Shown here piece after piece: positions 17,991 to 27,869 of a DNA stretch of 36,718 nucleotides. This stretch comes from a virus (Duplodnaviria; Caudoviricetes). Below the pieces are notes generated by a model that saw only the letters and a program-made list of their open reading frames with translations, was not told where the DNA came from and did not search any database. The stretch covers positions 1 to 36,718 of the IMG/VR virus record IMGVR_UViG_3300037419_000727. One strand, given 5' to 3'. The translations under genes and the position numbers were made by a program. Position 1 is the first letter of the stretch; each line of letters opens with the position of its first letter.

Positions 17991-18811
17991 TTGCCGTCAT
18001 ATTACCAAGTAGGGGACTGAGCGTATCTCGCACCATCGAACATATCCTACGCAATCTTAAGGGTCACGACTATAAGATTTACTTTTCACACAAACAGCCG
18101 ATTCCCACCTGTTTTAACAAACCGCTCGCCAAAGCCTTAAAGAATAAAGCCGTTACCCATATCTGGTTTGTTGAAGACGATATGAAGATTCCAGATGGGA
18201 CACTCGATAGCTTGCTCGCACTAAATAAGCCTGCCGTGGCGTGTGACTATCCAGTCACGGAAACGTCAGGTTCAATGCTGTACGATCCGAGCGGAAAAGC
18301 CTACTTCTCAGGTACGGGCTGCTTACTTGTGCGTCGGGAAGTTTTAACCAAATTAAAGAATCCGATGTTCCGCAGTGATATTGCGTGGGCCTACAAAGCC
18401 ACGAAACACGGCATGAACTTCATAGCGCGTAAAGCTGAAAAGAACGTCTACGGCTACCACGATGTCACACTCGGATTGAAACTGTACCTTTCGGGAACAC
18501 CGATTGAAGTAAGCGAGGTAGTCTGCGGGCAATACAAGCTTATGAATCTCGGAGAAAAGGGAACGAACGCAGGCCAACACACGCTTGCTGAACTAAATTC
18601 CTTGAAGAAGCTCGACTTTGCTAAGACGGTGTATGAGTCAGAACCAGACGAGACAGCCGATGAACTATTCCTCCTGGATAAAGAGCTTATCAGACTCAGT
18701 AAACAAAGCCCTCTAGTACAAAGTGGCAAAGCTAAACAGGTTAAGCTTCAACGGAAATATATCACCTTAGACTTTGCCGATTGGCCGGAACTACTGAAGG
18801 AGTTTGTATGA
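17987..18811 (+). CDS. GT-A fold glycosyltransferase 2 (paralog of 1)
   Basis: AVILPSRG..THIWFVEDDM..GTGCLLVRREV..HD. Confidence 0.8.
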   Translation: MIAVILPSRGLSVSRTIEHILRNLKGHDYKIYFSHKQPIPTCFNKPLAKALKNKAVTHIWFVEDDMKIPDGTLDSLLALNKPAVACDYPVTETSGSMLYDPSGKAYFSGTGCLLVRREVLTKLKNPMFRSDIAWAYKATKHGMNFIARKAEKNVYGYHDVTLGLKLYLSGTPIEVSEVVCGQYKLMNLGEKGTNAGQHTLAELNSLKKLDFAKTVYESEPDETADELFLLDKELIRLSKQSPLVQSGKAKQVKLQRKYITLDFADWPELLKEFV

Positions 18812-19563
18812 AGTTACTCGTCGTTTTAATAACCTACAACCGTCTGGCCTACACTAAGCGTACCCTTGACGCGTTCCGCAGCACGATCACTGTACCGCAT
18901 TTCCTCGTGATCGTAGACAACCAAAGCACGGACGGCACACGGGAATGGCTCAAAGATTCGGGAGCGGATCTCATCATAAAGAACCCTGACAATTACTACC
19001 CTGGAAAAGCTTGTAATATCGGTTGGGAAGAGGGACTGAAACACTATTCAGAAGCGACTCATTTGATGCGGCTCGATAATGACATGGAGCTTCTTCCTGG
19101 ATGGGATACAAAGGCGAAAGAGTACTTTAAAACAATCCCTGAACTCGGACAATTGGGCTTAGATCACGAAGCAATCGAACACCCCATGGCAAAGCTGAAA
19201 GAACTCAACATTAACGGTATGAAGCTCAACCCGTGGCCTGGTAACGTCGGTGGGCCGAACATTATATCCCGCGCTGTGTGGGATAGAGGTATCCGCTATT
19301 CAGAAGCACGGTGGTCGCATGAAGTAGACATACCGACACCGCAAGAAGACTGTCAGCTAAGTGCCGATATTCTCCGAGCAGGCTACCTCATGGGACATAT
19401 GACCGAACGGTTAAGCTTTACCTTTGCGAATCAATCAAATTGGTCGGAATACCCCGACTATTACCGTAAAACAATGGAAGAAAGGGGCTATAAGAATGTC
19501 CACTCCTGGTTATGGGAAGATGCTCATAATTCTACCGAGCAGAAACCGCGCACAGAAAATTGA
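18808..19563 (+). CDS. GT2 family glycosyltransferase 3
   Basis: LITYNR..IVDNQSTDGT..ACNIG..LDND..QED. Confidence 0.92.
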   Translation: MKLLVVLITYNRLAYTKRTLDAFRSTITVPHFLVIVDNQSTDGTREWLKDSGADLIIKNPDNYYPGKACNIGWEEGLKHYSEATHLMRLDNDMELLPGWDTKAKEYFKTIPELGQLGLDHEAIEHPMAKLKELNINGMKLNPWPGNVGGPNIISRAVWDRGIRYSEARWSHEVDIPTPQEDCQLSADILRAGYLMGHMTERLSFTFANQSNWSEYPDYYRKTMEERGYKNVHSWLWEDAHNSTEQKPRTEN

Positions 19564-20188
19564 AGAAGCAATAACATGCTGGCGAGAGACGCGTGACTTT
19601 GCTGACCTTCTGGTTTGTTTAGATGACGACGACCCTCAACTGAACGACTACAAGCGTCATAAGGATGTGATATATGACGTAGGTGAACGTATAAGATTAT
19701 GTCCGACTGTAAACCGAGCCATTAAAGACCATCCAGGCTATGACTATTACGGCTTTATCGGAGATGATCACCGTTTCCGCACACAGGGATGGGATACGCA
19801 GTTTCGTGACGTTATAGAAGAACATGGCGGATGGGGCGTAGCCTATGGGGATGATATGCTCCAAGGGCAAAAATTAGCAACCGCAGCCGTCTTGAGCGCG
19901 AATATCGTGAACACACTCGGTTACATGGCGCTACCTGGTACAACCCATTTATTTATGGACAACTTCCACATGGAGATCGGGCAGGGCATAGACCGGCTCT
20001 TCTTTATTCCTCATGTCGTCATTGAGCACATGCACTACTCAGTTGGGAAGAGCGAAAGTGATGACTTATATGTTGAAGTAAACAGCGACGAAATGCTGAG
20101 TCACGACGGCATGGTTTTTAGAGAATGGTCACAGACCAAGAAGGCCGAAGACATAGCCAAACTACGGGAGGTTATGAATGCGAGTTAG
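19520..20188 (+). CDS. GT-A fold glycosyltransferase 4
   Basis: IILPSRNR..LDDDD..FIGDD..HLFMD..IEHMH; start uncertain (19496 or 19520). Confidence 0.82.
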   Translation: MLIILPSRNRAQKIEEAITCWRETRDFADLLVCLDDDDPQLNDYKRHKDVIYDVGERIRLCPTVNRAIKDHPGYDYYGFIGDDHRFRTQGWDTQFRDVIEEHGGWGVAYGDDMLQGQKLATAAVLSANIVNTLGYMALPGTTHLFMDNFHMEIGQGIDRLFFIPHVVIEHMHYSVGKSESDDLYVEVNSDEMLSHDGMVFREWSQTKKAEDIAKLREVMNAS

Positions 20189-20723
20189 ACTACGCCCGGC
20201 ATACAGTGAGGATCAGCTTAAAGAAATCTATGCCACTCCTCACCAACATAAACAATGGAAAGACCACATACAGCGTGTCGAATCTACAATCGCCTTAGCT
20301 AAATGGTTTAATGCTAACTCAGTTGCAGACCTTTCTTGCGGCGATGGGGTAATAATCGACTCGCTCGATGCAGCAATTAAAATTAAGGGCGATTATGCGC
20401 CCGGCTACGAGTTCACAGGCCCGATCGAACAGACTATTACGCAAATACCAAACGTTGAACTCTTCATTTTAAGCGAAACGCTTGAACATTTAGACGACCC
20501 CGATGCGGTACTGCGACAAATTCGTCAGAAAACTAAATACCTTGTCCTTTCGACACCAAACGGCGAAACCGATACCGAAAATCCACAGCATTATTGGGGA
20601 TGGAATAATGCTGATGTCAAAGAGATGTTACAAGAGGCTGGATTTAAGCCCGTCATCTATCAATCTCTCGAGTTTTTCGAAGATCCATATACATATAACT
20701 ACCAAATTTGGGGGTGCAAATGA
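20178..20723 (+). CDS. Class I SAM-dependent methyltransferase-like protein
   Basis: VADLSCGDG, SETLEHLDDP, LVLSTP. Confidence 0.82.
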   Translation: MRVRLRPAYSEDQLKEIYATPHQHKQWKDHIQRVESTIALAKWFNANSVADLSCGDGVIIDSLDAAIKIKGDYAPGYEFTGPIEQTITQIPNVELFILSETLEHLDDPDAVLRQIRQKTKYLVLSTPNGETDTENPQHYWGWNNADVKEMLQEAGFKPVIYQSLEFFEDPYTYNYQIWGCK

Positions 20724-21535
20724 ACTATAAAGATAAGAAGGTAGCCGTTTCGGGGCATGATGGCTTTCTTGGGCGTGAACTGACTAATAAACTCGTGGAA
20801 CTTGGAGCTAACGTTTACTCAATCGTGGGAGACATTCGCGACCCGGAAACGTTTAAAGCTTTGGATTATACGTATGATTACGTTTTTCATTTCGCTGCAC
20901 CGAGTTCCCAGGTTCTCTTCAAGCGCCAACCAGATTACGCTATCGAAACTACGATTAAAGGATTTCTAAATGTCGCCAAGAAGTGTCGCGAAGAGGGTAT
21001 CAAATTGATTTACCCTTCGACTGGTGTACTCAGTCAGGGCGGGACAAATGAGTACTCTCGCTGTAAACAGCTCTGTGAGGACTACCATAGAGGCTCAGGA
21101 CTCGACGCCTTAGCAGTTCGTATATTCGCGACCTACGGGGAGCAAGAGTATCGCAAACGCGATTTCGCGAGCGTTCCGTACCTTTTTGCTCGAGACATTG
21201 TTAATGGAAAGTCACCTGTTGTGTTCGGTGACGGCTCACAAGTCCGGGATTTTGTGTATATCACTGATGTTATAAACGCAATTACAATCCTAGCTGAAGA
21301 GTGCAACGATCCAGTCATCGACATTGGGAGCGGGGAGAGTGTCAGTTTCAATACGATCATCGACTCGATTAATAATCTTGTTACCGAACCCGTGAAGCCT
21401 ACCTATGTTAATAAACCCGCAAACTATGTCCAAGAAACCTCAGCGAATGTTAACCGATTACATGATTTCTACATACCTCAGACAAATTTAGAAACGGGAA
21501 TCCGGGCCATTATTGATGCCCTCAATCGGAAATAA
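20720..21535 (+). CDS. NAD-dependent sugar epimerase/dehydratase
   Basis: SGHDGFLG, FHFAA, YSRCK, FGDGSQVRDFVYITDV. Confidence 0.95.
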   Translation: MNYKDKKVAVSGHDGFLGRELTNKLVELGANVYSIVGDIRDPETFKALDYTYDYVFHFAAPSSQVLFKRQPDYAIETTIKGFLNVAKKCREEGIKLIYPSTGVLSQGGTNEYSRCKQLCEDYHRGSGLDALAVRIFATYGEQEYRKRDFASVPYLFARDIVNGKSPVVFGDGSQVRDFVYITDVINAITILAEECNDPVIDIGSGESVSFNTIIDSINNLVTEPVKPTYVNKPANYVQETSANVNRLHDFYIPQTNLETGIRAIIDALNRK

Positions 21536-21545
21536 CGCCGAAAAA

Positions 21546-21588
21546 TGGTATAATTAAAGCAACCGGGCGAGGGTAGGAATTACCCTTG
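21546..21588 (+). promoter_or_regulatory. Late promoter/leader unit 3
   Basis: TGGTATAAT, 9 nt, CGGGCGAGG, stem CGAGGGTA/TACCCTTG. Confidence 0.8.
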
Positions 21589-23478
21589 AGTAACCCTTTT
21601 CTCGAAAAAGTCCAAGCTACACAAAGCAATCTAGCCACGAAGCAAGAAGAAGACAACCGTCTTGCTACTCTTATTCATGCAATCGAAAACTCAGCCGATG
21701 GCACAAGTAAACAACTCGTCGCGACTATTAAAGATCTAGCCCTGACTAGTCTCGTAAGTAAAGATCCGGCAATCACTCGAGTAGTCAAAGACCTGGCGAC
21801 CTTACTAGAACAGACCGCGATCAAGGTTCAAGACTTACAGAACTCTGGCGTTGATCTGTCAAAGGAAAGCACTGAAGCCATAGCAAAGGCACTATCCGGC
21901 CTCCCAGACGCCTTAAAAGATGCAGATCAAAGCAGGCAGCTCATCCCTTATCTCCAAAAGTTAAACCAAACCGTCGCAAATAAAGATACCTCAGTCACCG
22001 TCAAACCTACCATAGACCTAAAACCTCTTGAAAAGTATGTTTCAGCGATTGAAAAGGCAGTTACCGGTCAAGGAACGAGTGTTGATCTCACACCCCTTCA
22101 AGCAGCTATCACGGATGTTAAATCAGCGATCGAGAACCAGTCGTTTCCAGTACCCAATTTTGTACTACCGTTTAAAAACGCTAATGGGGCAGCAACGCAG
22201 GCTAGCGTTGTTACCTCAACTTCTGATAGCACGAAAATTGGTATCGTCGCTTTAAATCCTGACGGTTCAAATATATCAGGTGGCAGTGGTGGTGGCGGTG
22301 CAGGGACGCAGTACGCAGACGGAACAGTGCGCGGTACGGCTACAGGCACGCTCATGATGGTTGATGATGGTACAAATATTCAGAGTGCTGCGGGAACAGC
22401 AGGTGGCTTATTAAAAGTAGACCTCTCAGGGACAAGTGCAAACAGCACCGCCATTAAAACTGATGGTTCAGCTGTTACACAGCCCGTATCCGCAGCAAGT
22501 CTTCCACTTCCATCGGGCGCAGCTACCAGTGCGAAGCAACCCGCACTTGGTACAGCCGGCAGTGCCTCTAGTGACGTCTTAACGGTGCAGGGTATCGCCT
22601 CAATGACCGCCCTCAAAGTAGACGGTTCGGCCGTGACTCAACCAATAAGTGCCGCAGCTCTTCCGTTGCCATCGGGCGCAGCTACAGAAACAACACTCAG
22701 CGGTATAAGTACAAAACTTACCGACGGGACCCAAAAAGTAATTGCCGCAGGAGATGTGGCTTCGGCTGCTACCGACACCGGCAATCCCATCAAAGTAGGC
22801 ACGAAGTATAACGCTACGCAGCCTACTTTTACCGACGGCCAACGTGGGGAGTTTCAAATAAACTCTCGGGGTGAATTAAAGGTCTCAATCACGCAGGCTA
22901 CCTCATCAGCAACCGTTAACACCGCAGCAGACGGGGCGACAGGTACTGGTGGACTTGTAGAAAACGCTCGTAACCAGGTGTATAACGGTTCTACTTGGGA
23001 TATGGCGCGTTCTGCAACGAGCGCAGCGGGGACGACAGGTACAGGTTTGCTCGGGGCAGGCGCACTCGGCTTTGATGGAACTAACTACCAACGACTAAAA
23101 ACCGACACTGGAGGAGTGCAGTATCACGCCTCAGCCGCCAACGCTACGGTAACAGGTGCATCCATCAGCTACCAAAGCGCCCTTACCAATACAAAAGTTG
23201 CAGTGAAAGCGTCAGCAGGAAACCTCTACGGTTATCATATATATAATCCCAATACCTCAGTCGTTTACATTCAAATATTCAACCTGGCGAGCGCCTCGGT
23301 TACGCTCGGTACGACAACGCCAACAATGGTGTTAGTCGTACCTGCCAACGGGTGGCTTGAGCTTATGTTCCCAGTTCCGATCAGCTTTGGTACAGCTATC
23401 ACCCTGGCGGCAACAACTACCGCATCGGGATCAACCGCGCCATCATCAACACTAATCGCTAACTTCTTCTACGCTTAG
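21586..23478 (+). CDS. Fibre/decoration-like virion protein, Thr/Ser/Ala/Gly-rich
   Basis: Helical N-terminus, duplicated DGSAVTQP.SAA.LPLPSGAAT, beta-rich C-terminus. Confidence 0.6.
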   Translation: MSNPFLEKVQATQSNLATKQEEDNRLATLIHAIENSADGTSKQLVATIKDLALTSLVSKDPAITRVVKDLATLLEQTAIKVQDLQNSGVDLSKESTEAIAKALSGLPDALKDADQSRQLIPYLQKLNQTVANKDTSVTVKPTIDLKPLEKYVSAIEKAVTGQGTSVDLTPLQAAITDVKSAIENQSFPVPNFVLPFKNANGAATQASVVTSTSDSTKIGIVALNPDGSNISGGSGGGGAGTQYADGTVRGTATGTLMMVDDGTNIQSAAGTAGGLLKVDLSGTSANSTAIKTDGSAVTQPVSAASLPLPSGAATSAKQPALGTAGSASSDVLTVQGIASMTALKVDGSAVTQPISAAALPLPSGAATETTLSGISTKLTDGTQKVIAAGDVASAATDTGNPIKVGTKYNATQPTFTDGQRGEFQINSRGELKVSITQATSSATVNTAADGATGTGGLVENARNQVYNGSTWDMARSATSAAGTTGTGLLGAGALGFDGTNYQRLKTDTGGVQYHASAANATVTGASISYQSALTNTKVAVKASAGNLYGYHIYNPNTSVVYIQIFNLASASVTLGTTTPTMVLVVPANGWLELMFPVPISFGTAITLAATTTASGSTAPSSTLIANFFYA

Positions 23479-23485
23479 GAGTAAT

Positions 23486-23845
23486 ATGTCAGCATTCGGA
23501 ACCAGTACGAACGTCTTAGCAAATCGTCAAGATGACACCACGAACTCAACTGCCTCTCAGCGTATTGAAACCGGCTGGGGGGTTATGACGCCTGGTGTGT
23601 CCAATCAGGCTTCGGAAACAGTGACTTTCCAGACGCCTTTTGCCGCACGGCCGATTGTTGTCATCTGCGCCGGCGGCGACGCTGTTTCTGCTACGACCTA
23701 TGGGTCGGGTGGCAATATCGTACAAGCAGCTAATTACGCCAAAGCTCATAGCATTACCACCTCATCTTTTGTAGCCCAGATTAATGCCCCGTCTAACTAT
23801 GCTGCCGGCAACACGGTATTTTATCAGTGGATAGCGATAGGCTAA
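23486..23845 (+). CDS. Small beta-rich virion protein (H-type lectin/gp53-like)
   Basis: TVTFQTPFAARPIV..WIAIG. Confidence 0.55.
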   Translation: MSAFGTSTNVLANRQDDTTNSTASQRIETGWGVMTPGVSNQASETVTFQTPFAARPIVVICAGGDAVSATTYGSGGNIVQAANYAKAHSITTSSFVAQINAPSNYAAGNTVFYQWIAIG

Positions 23846-23865
23846 GGCTATAATCTCGAAGGCTT

Positions 23866-23912
23866 AAATGGTATAATGTAAGTAATCGGGCGAGGTGGAG
23901 TATCCACCTTGG
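23866..23912 (+). promoter_or_regulatory. Late promoter/leader unit 4 (47 bp identical to 30337-30383)
   Basis: TGGTATAAT, 9 nt, CGGGCGAGG, stem CGAGGTGGA/TCCACCTTG. Confidence 0.85.
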
Positions 23913-24577
23913 CATACACTCTTGGCGATTTAACCACTCGCGTACAAAAGAAGATTAAAGACACCAGTTTTGCGACTGGTAATATAACTGATTACCTCAA
24001 CGACGCGCAAAATGATCTCTTAAATGAGTACAATCTCCGCTTCATGGAGACTTCTCAAACTTATACGCTGACGGCTAATAACGCCGATATAACGTCAGGC
24101 GGCTCACTGCCGACTAATTTAGTACGCCCTAAGAACATCGTTATAACCTACAACGGCTTCGAGCAGAAGCTTATGTACATGACCCAAGAGGAAATTGACG
24201 AGATTTTCCCAGACCCAACCGACACAACACTCTACCAGGCAAATACACCTCTATACTGGTATCGCTTTGGCAACACGATAAAAGTCTTCCCAACACCTGA
24301 TAAAGCCTACACCGTAACACTCGAATACCTGAAGAGTCCGACAGAATTATCGAGCGCCGCTGATGTTCCCGACCTTCCGCAAGAGTTCCGAGAATATCTA
24401 GTTCTCGGTGCAGCCGGGCGAGCCATGGAAGAGAAAGATAACTACGACCAAGCAGCTTATTTGTTAAATCGAGCTTCAACTATTGGAGCTAAACTCGTTG
24501 CCCGGTATGGCCGCAGACAGTCAGGTCAACCGACGGTTATGAGAATTAACCGGGTTCGTCATGCCTCGAGTAACTAG
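23909..24577 (+). CDS. Head-tail adaptor / tail tubular protein A-like
   Basis: YLNDAQ..IKVFPTPD..LP.EF..YLV.GA; synteny. Confidence 0.72.
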   Translation: MAYTLGDLTTRVQKKIKDTSFATGNITDYLNDAQNDLLNEYNLRFMETSQTYTLTANNADITSGGSLPTNLVRPKNIVITYNGFEQKLMYMTQEEIDEIFPDPTDTTLYQANTPLYWYRFGNTIKVFPTPDKAYTVTLEYLKSPTELSSAADVPDLPQEFREYLVLGAAGRAMEEKDNYDQAAYLLNRASTIGAKLVARYGRRQSGQPTVMRINRVRHASSN

Positions 24578-26522
24578 ATTACTTCCCATCGCGAACATTT
24601 CGAGCAGGCAAATTGAAAAACCATTTGTCGGCTTTATCGACGGTATTAATACCTATGCTATTGATGAGGAGGTAAAAGACACACAACTTCGTTTAGCTCA
24701 AGATGCCCGCATTACCAATCTCGGGGCGTATAAAACTCGACAGGGCGCAGACCACTATAGTTCTGCCGCCGGACAAGCGCTCGATACGCAATTAACCAGC
24801 ACTACGGGAGCGTCAAGCGCGACTTTCGGTACAATATCGTGGCTCGCTCAGAAGTTCGTTCCTGGAACTACAGGCCGCTTAGTACGAGTTGATCTGAACC
24901 TCAAGAACTCCAATAGCGCTACTGGTACTGTCCTTGTGAAAATCTACAGTGATAGTGGTGGATCACCAGGCAGCGAGTTAGCGTCTAGCTCTATAGCCAC
25001 AACCGATATTACAAGCACATACCAATACCTAACCGCCCGATTTATCAAAACACCCCAGGTTACAAATGGATCAACATATTGGATTGTCTGCTACATTCAA
25101 GACGGCGGCACAAACTCCTATTCCTGGAGTTCTACGACCTCTGCCACCACTGCTAAGACTTCGGCGAACGCTGGCACTTCATGGTCAACGACAAGTTACG
25201 CCCTAAATTATAAAACCTACGTTGCAACCGACTCGCCGTGTCTCGGTGTTTATCGGGCATATAAGAGTAACGGTACGAAGGCCACTTTGTTCGCTCACGG
25301 TACGAGTGTCTACAGCGTATCTGATACCGACGGCTCTCTCACGGCTATTAAGACCGGACTTAACGCCGCCGCCACTAAATATCGATTCGCGAAAGCCAAT
25401 GATGTTGTTTACTACGTCAACGGTGTCGATTCAAATCAAAAGTGGGATTTTACTACCGCCGCAGTAACGGGCGGTAGTCCAGCAATTGCTTCAAACATTA
25501 TCGAGCATAAGGGTGTTATGTTCTACCAGGACGCTTCCGATCCAAATAAGTATTTCTGGTCTAATTTTGGGGTATACGAAACCTTCACCTCGACAGATTT
25601 TAACTATGTACCGAGCCCAAAGACCGGAGATCCGCTTGTTGCATGGGAGAAACTAAACGATACGCTCGTAATGATTACGAGACACAACAAGTTCCAGCTC
25701 TATGGCTCAAATAATGCCACATGGCAGCTCGTTCAATCCACGGGACGCAAAGGAACATATAGCCAGGAATCTATAGCCACTGACACTAACTATATCTACT
25801 TTGCAGCAGACGATGGGATTTACCGGTTTAACGGAACTCAAGACGAATTAATCTCTGGGCCAATCTATCAGGATTATCTAAATATATCGAGCAAGGAAAA
25901 GATCGTCCTCAATGTAAATCAAGGGCGTCTTAGAGTCTATTACCCTGATACTGGTTCGGCCGTAAACAACAAGTGCTACGTCTATAACATAGCGCTCAGT
26001 AAGTGGGAAAGCCAAGACACCGATACGTATGTTTCGTTCGCCTATAGCATGTATGATGACTCAAATAAATTACTGATTGGCAGCTCCTATGTCGGGGCGG
26101 TCTATTATCAAGAACAAACCTCTAACGACTACACCAATCTCGGCGCGCCGATTAATTACGAACTTCGGACACATTACTACAACTTTGGGTTTCCTGGACA
26201 GGAAAAAGAAATTCGAACATGGAAGCCTCGTTTCACGGCGCAGTCGGGCGCGTATAGCGTCACCTGTCAGTATGCATATAACAAGCGGGACACTGCCAAC
26301 CTTGCACCGAACGGAACGGTTAATGTCCAGGGTTCGGGGTCAGCGTGGGGGACGGCTATTTGGGGAGCATTTACCTGGGGTAGAGAAGCCTTTATTGAAC
26401 CTAATCTTAACGTACCAGGCCAGTATAGTTACATCCAGCTTCGCTATAAGCATTATGCGGCCCGGCAACCGGTTGAGTTCTTCGGACACACACTAATTGT
26501 TCAAGTTAGGAAGATGAAGTAA
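24561..26522 (+). CDS. Tail nozzle / tubular protein B-like (beta-propeller) with inserted beta-sandwich
   Basis: 653 aa, beta-rich, YFWS, IYFAADDGIYRFNG..IS.PI; synteny. Confidence 0.72.
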   Translation: MPRVTRLLPIANISSRQIEKPFVGFIDGINTYAIDEEVKDTQLRLAQDARITNLGAYKTRQGADHYSSAAGQALDTQLTSTTGASSATFGTISWLAQKFVPGTTGRLVRVDLNLKNSNSATGTVLVKIYSDSGGSPGSELASSSIATTDITSTYQYLTARFIKTPQVTNGSTYWIVCYIQDGGTNSYSWSSTTSATTAKTSANAGTSWSTTSYALNYKTYVATDSPCLGVYRAYKSNGTKATLFAHGTSVYSVSDTDGSLTAIKTGLNAAATKYRFAKANDVVYYVNGVDSNQKWDFTTAAVTGGSPAIASNIIEHKGVMFYQDASDPNKYFWSNFGVYETFTSTDFNYVPSPKTGDPLVAWEKLNDTLVMITRHNKFQLYGSNNATWQLVQSTGRKGTYSQESIATDTNYIYFAADDGIYRFNGTQDELISGPIYQDYLNISSKEKIVLNVNQGRLRVYYPDTGSAVNNKCYVYNIALSKWESQDTDTYVSFAYSMYDDSNKLLIGSSYVGAVYYQEQTSNDYTNLGAPINYELRTHYYNFGFPGQEKEIRTWKPRFTAQSGAYSVTCQYAYNKRDTANLAPNGTVNVQGSGSAWGTAIWGAFTWGREAFIEPNLNVPGQYSYIQLRYKHYAARQPVEFFGHTLIVQVRKMK

Positions 26523-26974
26523 TGGCAAGCATACAACCAATCGTACCCGGTACTGATACTAGCCTCGCGTATAACCAGATAAACCAGAACTTTAGAAGTA
26601 TCGATCAACAGATTAGTAAATCCGGGTTCATCATCGTAAAAGAGGGAAGCATAGTTATGCCACAAGTAAGTGTAGCGACCGGCGTCAATCAGTACGGTAC
26701 TTTTTTTGGCACTAGTAATGTCGATGCTCATAATCTAGGCTTTGTACCAGTTGTCATTGCGTTTCTCGATTATGGCACTACTTATGTTCCGCTACCTTGG
26801 ACGTTTATTGATTCAAATAGCTCCAACTTGTTTGTTCAATTGAACTATAGGATTGTGGCGGACGAAACTAACGTAACGGCTGCTTCGGATGCATTTGCCT
26901 TTAACGTTACCACTATAGCCGGTGGCGCTCCTACAGCTAAATACTTCTTATTACAAAAAACGGTTAACCAATAA
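26522..26974 (+). CDS. Putative tail protein
   Basis: INQNF N-terminus, AHNLGFVP motif. Confidence 0.55.
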   Translation: MASIQPIVPGTDTSLAYNQINQNFRSIDQQISKSGFIIVKEGSIVMPQVSVATGVNQYGTFFGTSNVDAHNLGFVPVVIAFLDYGTTYVPLPWTFIDSNSSNLFVQLNYRIVADETNVTAASDAFAFNVTTIAGGAPTAKYFLLQKTVNQ

Positions 26975-26983
26975 GTCTAAATC

Positions 26984-27028
26984 TGGTATAATACAAGTAA
27001 CGTACGGGCGTACACATACTCATATATG
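26984..27028 (+). promoter_or_regulatory. Late promoter/leader unit 5
   Basis: TGGTATAAT, 12 nt, CGGGCG (GTACGGGCG); no SD before ATG 27026. Confidence 0.65.
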
Positions 27029-27868
27029 GCACGCTCGCTAGATCAAATTATTGCCGAAATGGATCCTGGGTACGCACCCTCCAGGGATATTGTCACGCAG
27101 CAAATTAACGCCCTCGATCCTGCACAGCAAGCCCAAGAACAAGGGCTTAATGCACAGAAGGATCAAGGCTTTAAAGATATTGTTGACCAGGCACGTACAC
27201 GAGGCATGGGTTTTGGTGGTATACCCTTAAGCGAGCAGGCTACATACTTATCTTCAAACTACCTTCCAGCGCTTGCTAATCTAAAGAGTACGTTCGCCAC
27301 TAAAAAAGCCGATCTTGCCTCAACCCTCGCCGACCTTAATAAAGAACAACGTAACACGGCATTAGGCTTACAACAAACCGAACTAAACCGCGAAGAGCAA
27401 GCCCGTGAAGCCGCCGCAGCACGAGCCGCCGCAGCATCTGCCGCGAGTTCTAATAGTGATTGGTTAAGCGCTTTAACTGGTGGCGGACGGGGTGGGGCAG
27501 ATAATGCTCCAGCTTGGCAGAAGCTTATGCAACAGAAAGCTGGTGGTGGCTTTAATTTCCAAGATCTTAGCGGAAAAGCGACGAGTGCCGCAACCTTCGC
27601 GAAGATCAATGGTATCAACATTGCCGATCTCCTCCACAACATGGCGAACTCAGGTGATAAGTTTGCAGGTGCAGCTTACTCAGATATCGCTCGCAACAAC
27701 GGCAAGATTACTCCGCAACTTATGAGTAAGTACTCAAGCCTGTTTTGGGGCGAAGTGCCAGCTGCTCCACAGCCTCCTAAGAAAACTTCGGTGGCACAGG
27801 GGACGCTTAAAACAGCGTTTACGCCTAACATACTCGGTATAAATAATCCTATGGCACTGAGGCGGTAA
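27026..27868 (+). CDS. Putative internal virion/ejection protein
   Basis: Q/A-rich helical, after the tail genes. Confidence 0.6.
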   Translation: MARSLDQIIAEMDPGYAPSRDIVTQQINALDPAQQAQEQGLNAQKDQGFKDIVDQARTRGMGFGGIPLSEQATYLSSNYLPALANLKSTFATKKADLASTLADLNKEQRNTALGLQQTELNREEQAREAAAARAAAASAASSNSDWLSALTGGGRGGADNAPAWQKLMQQKAGGGFNFQDLSGKATSAATFAKINGINIADLLHNMANSGDKFAGAAYSDIARNNGKITPQLMSKYSSLFWGEVPAAPQPPKKTSVAQGTLKTAFTPNILGINNPMALRR

Positions 27869-27869
27869 T

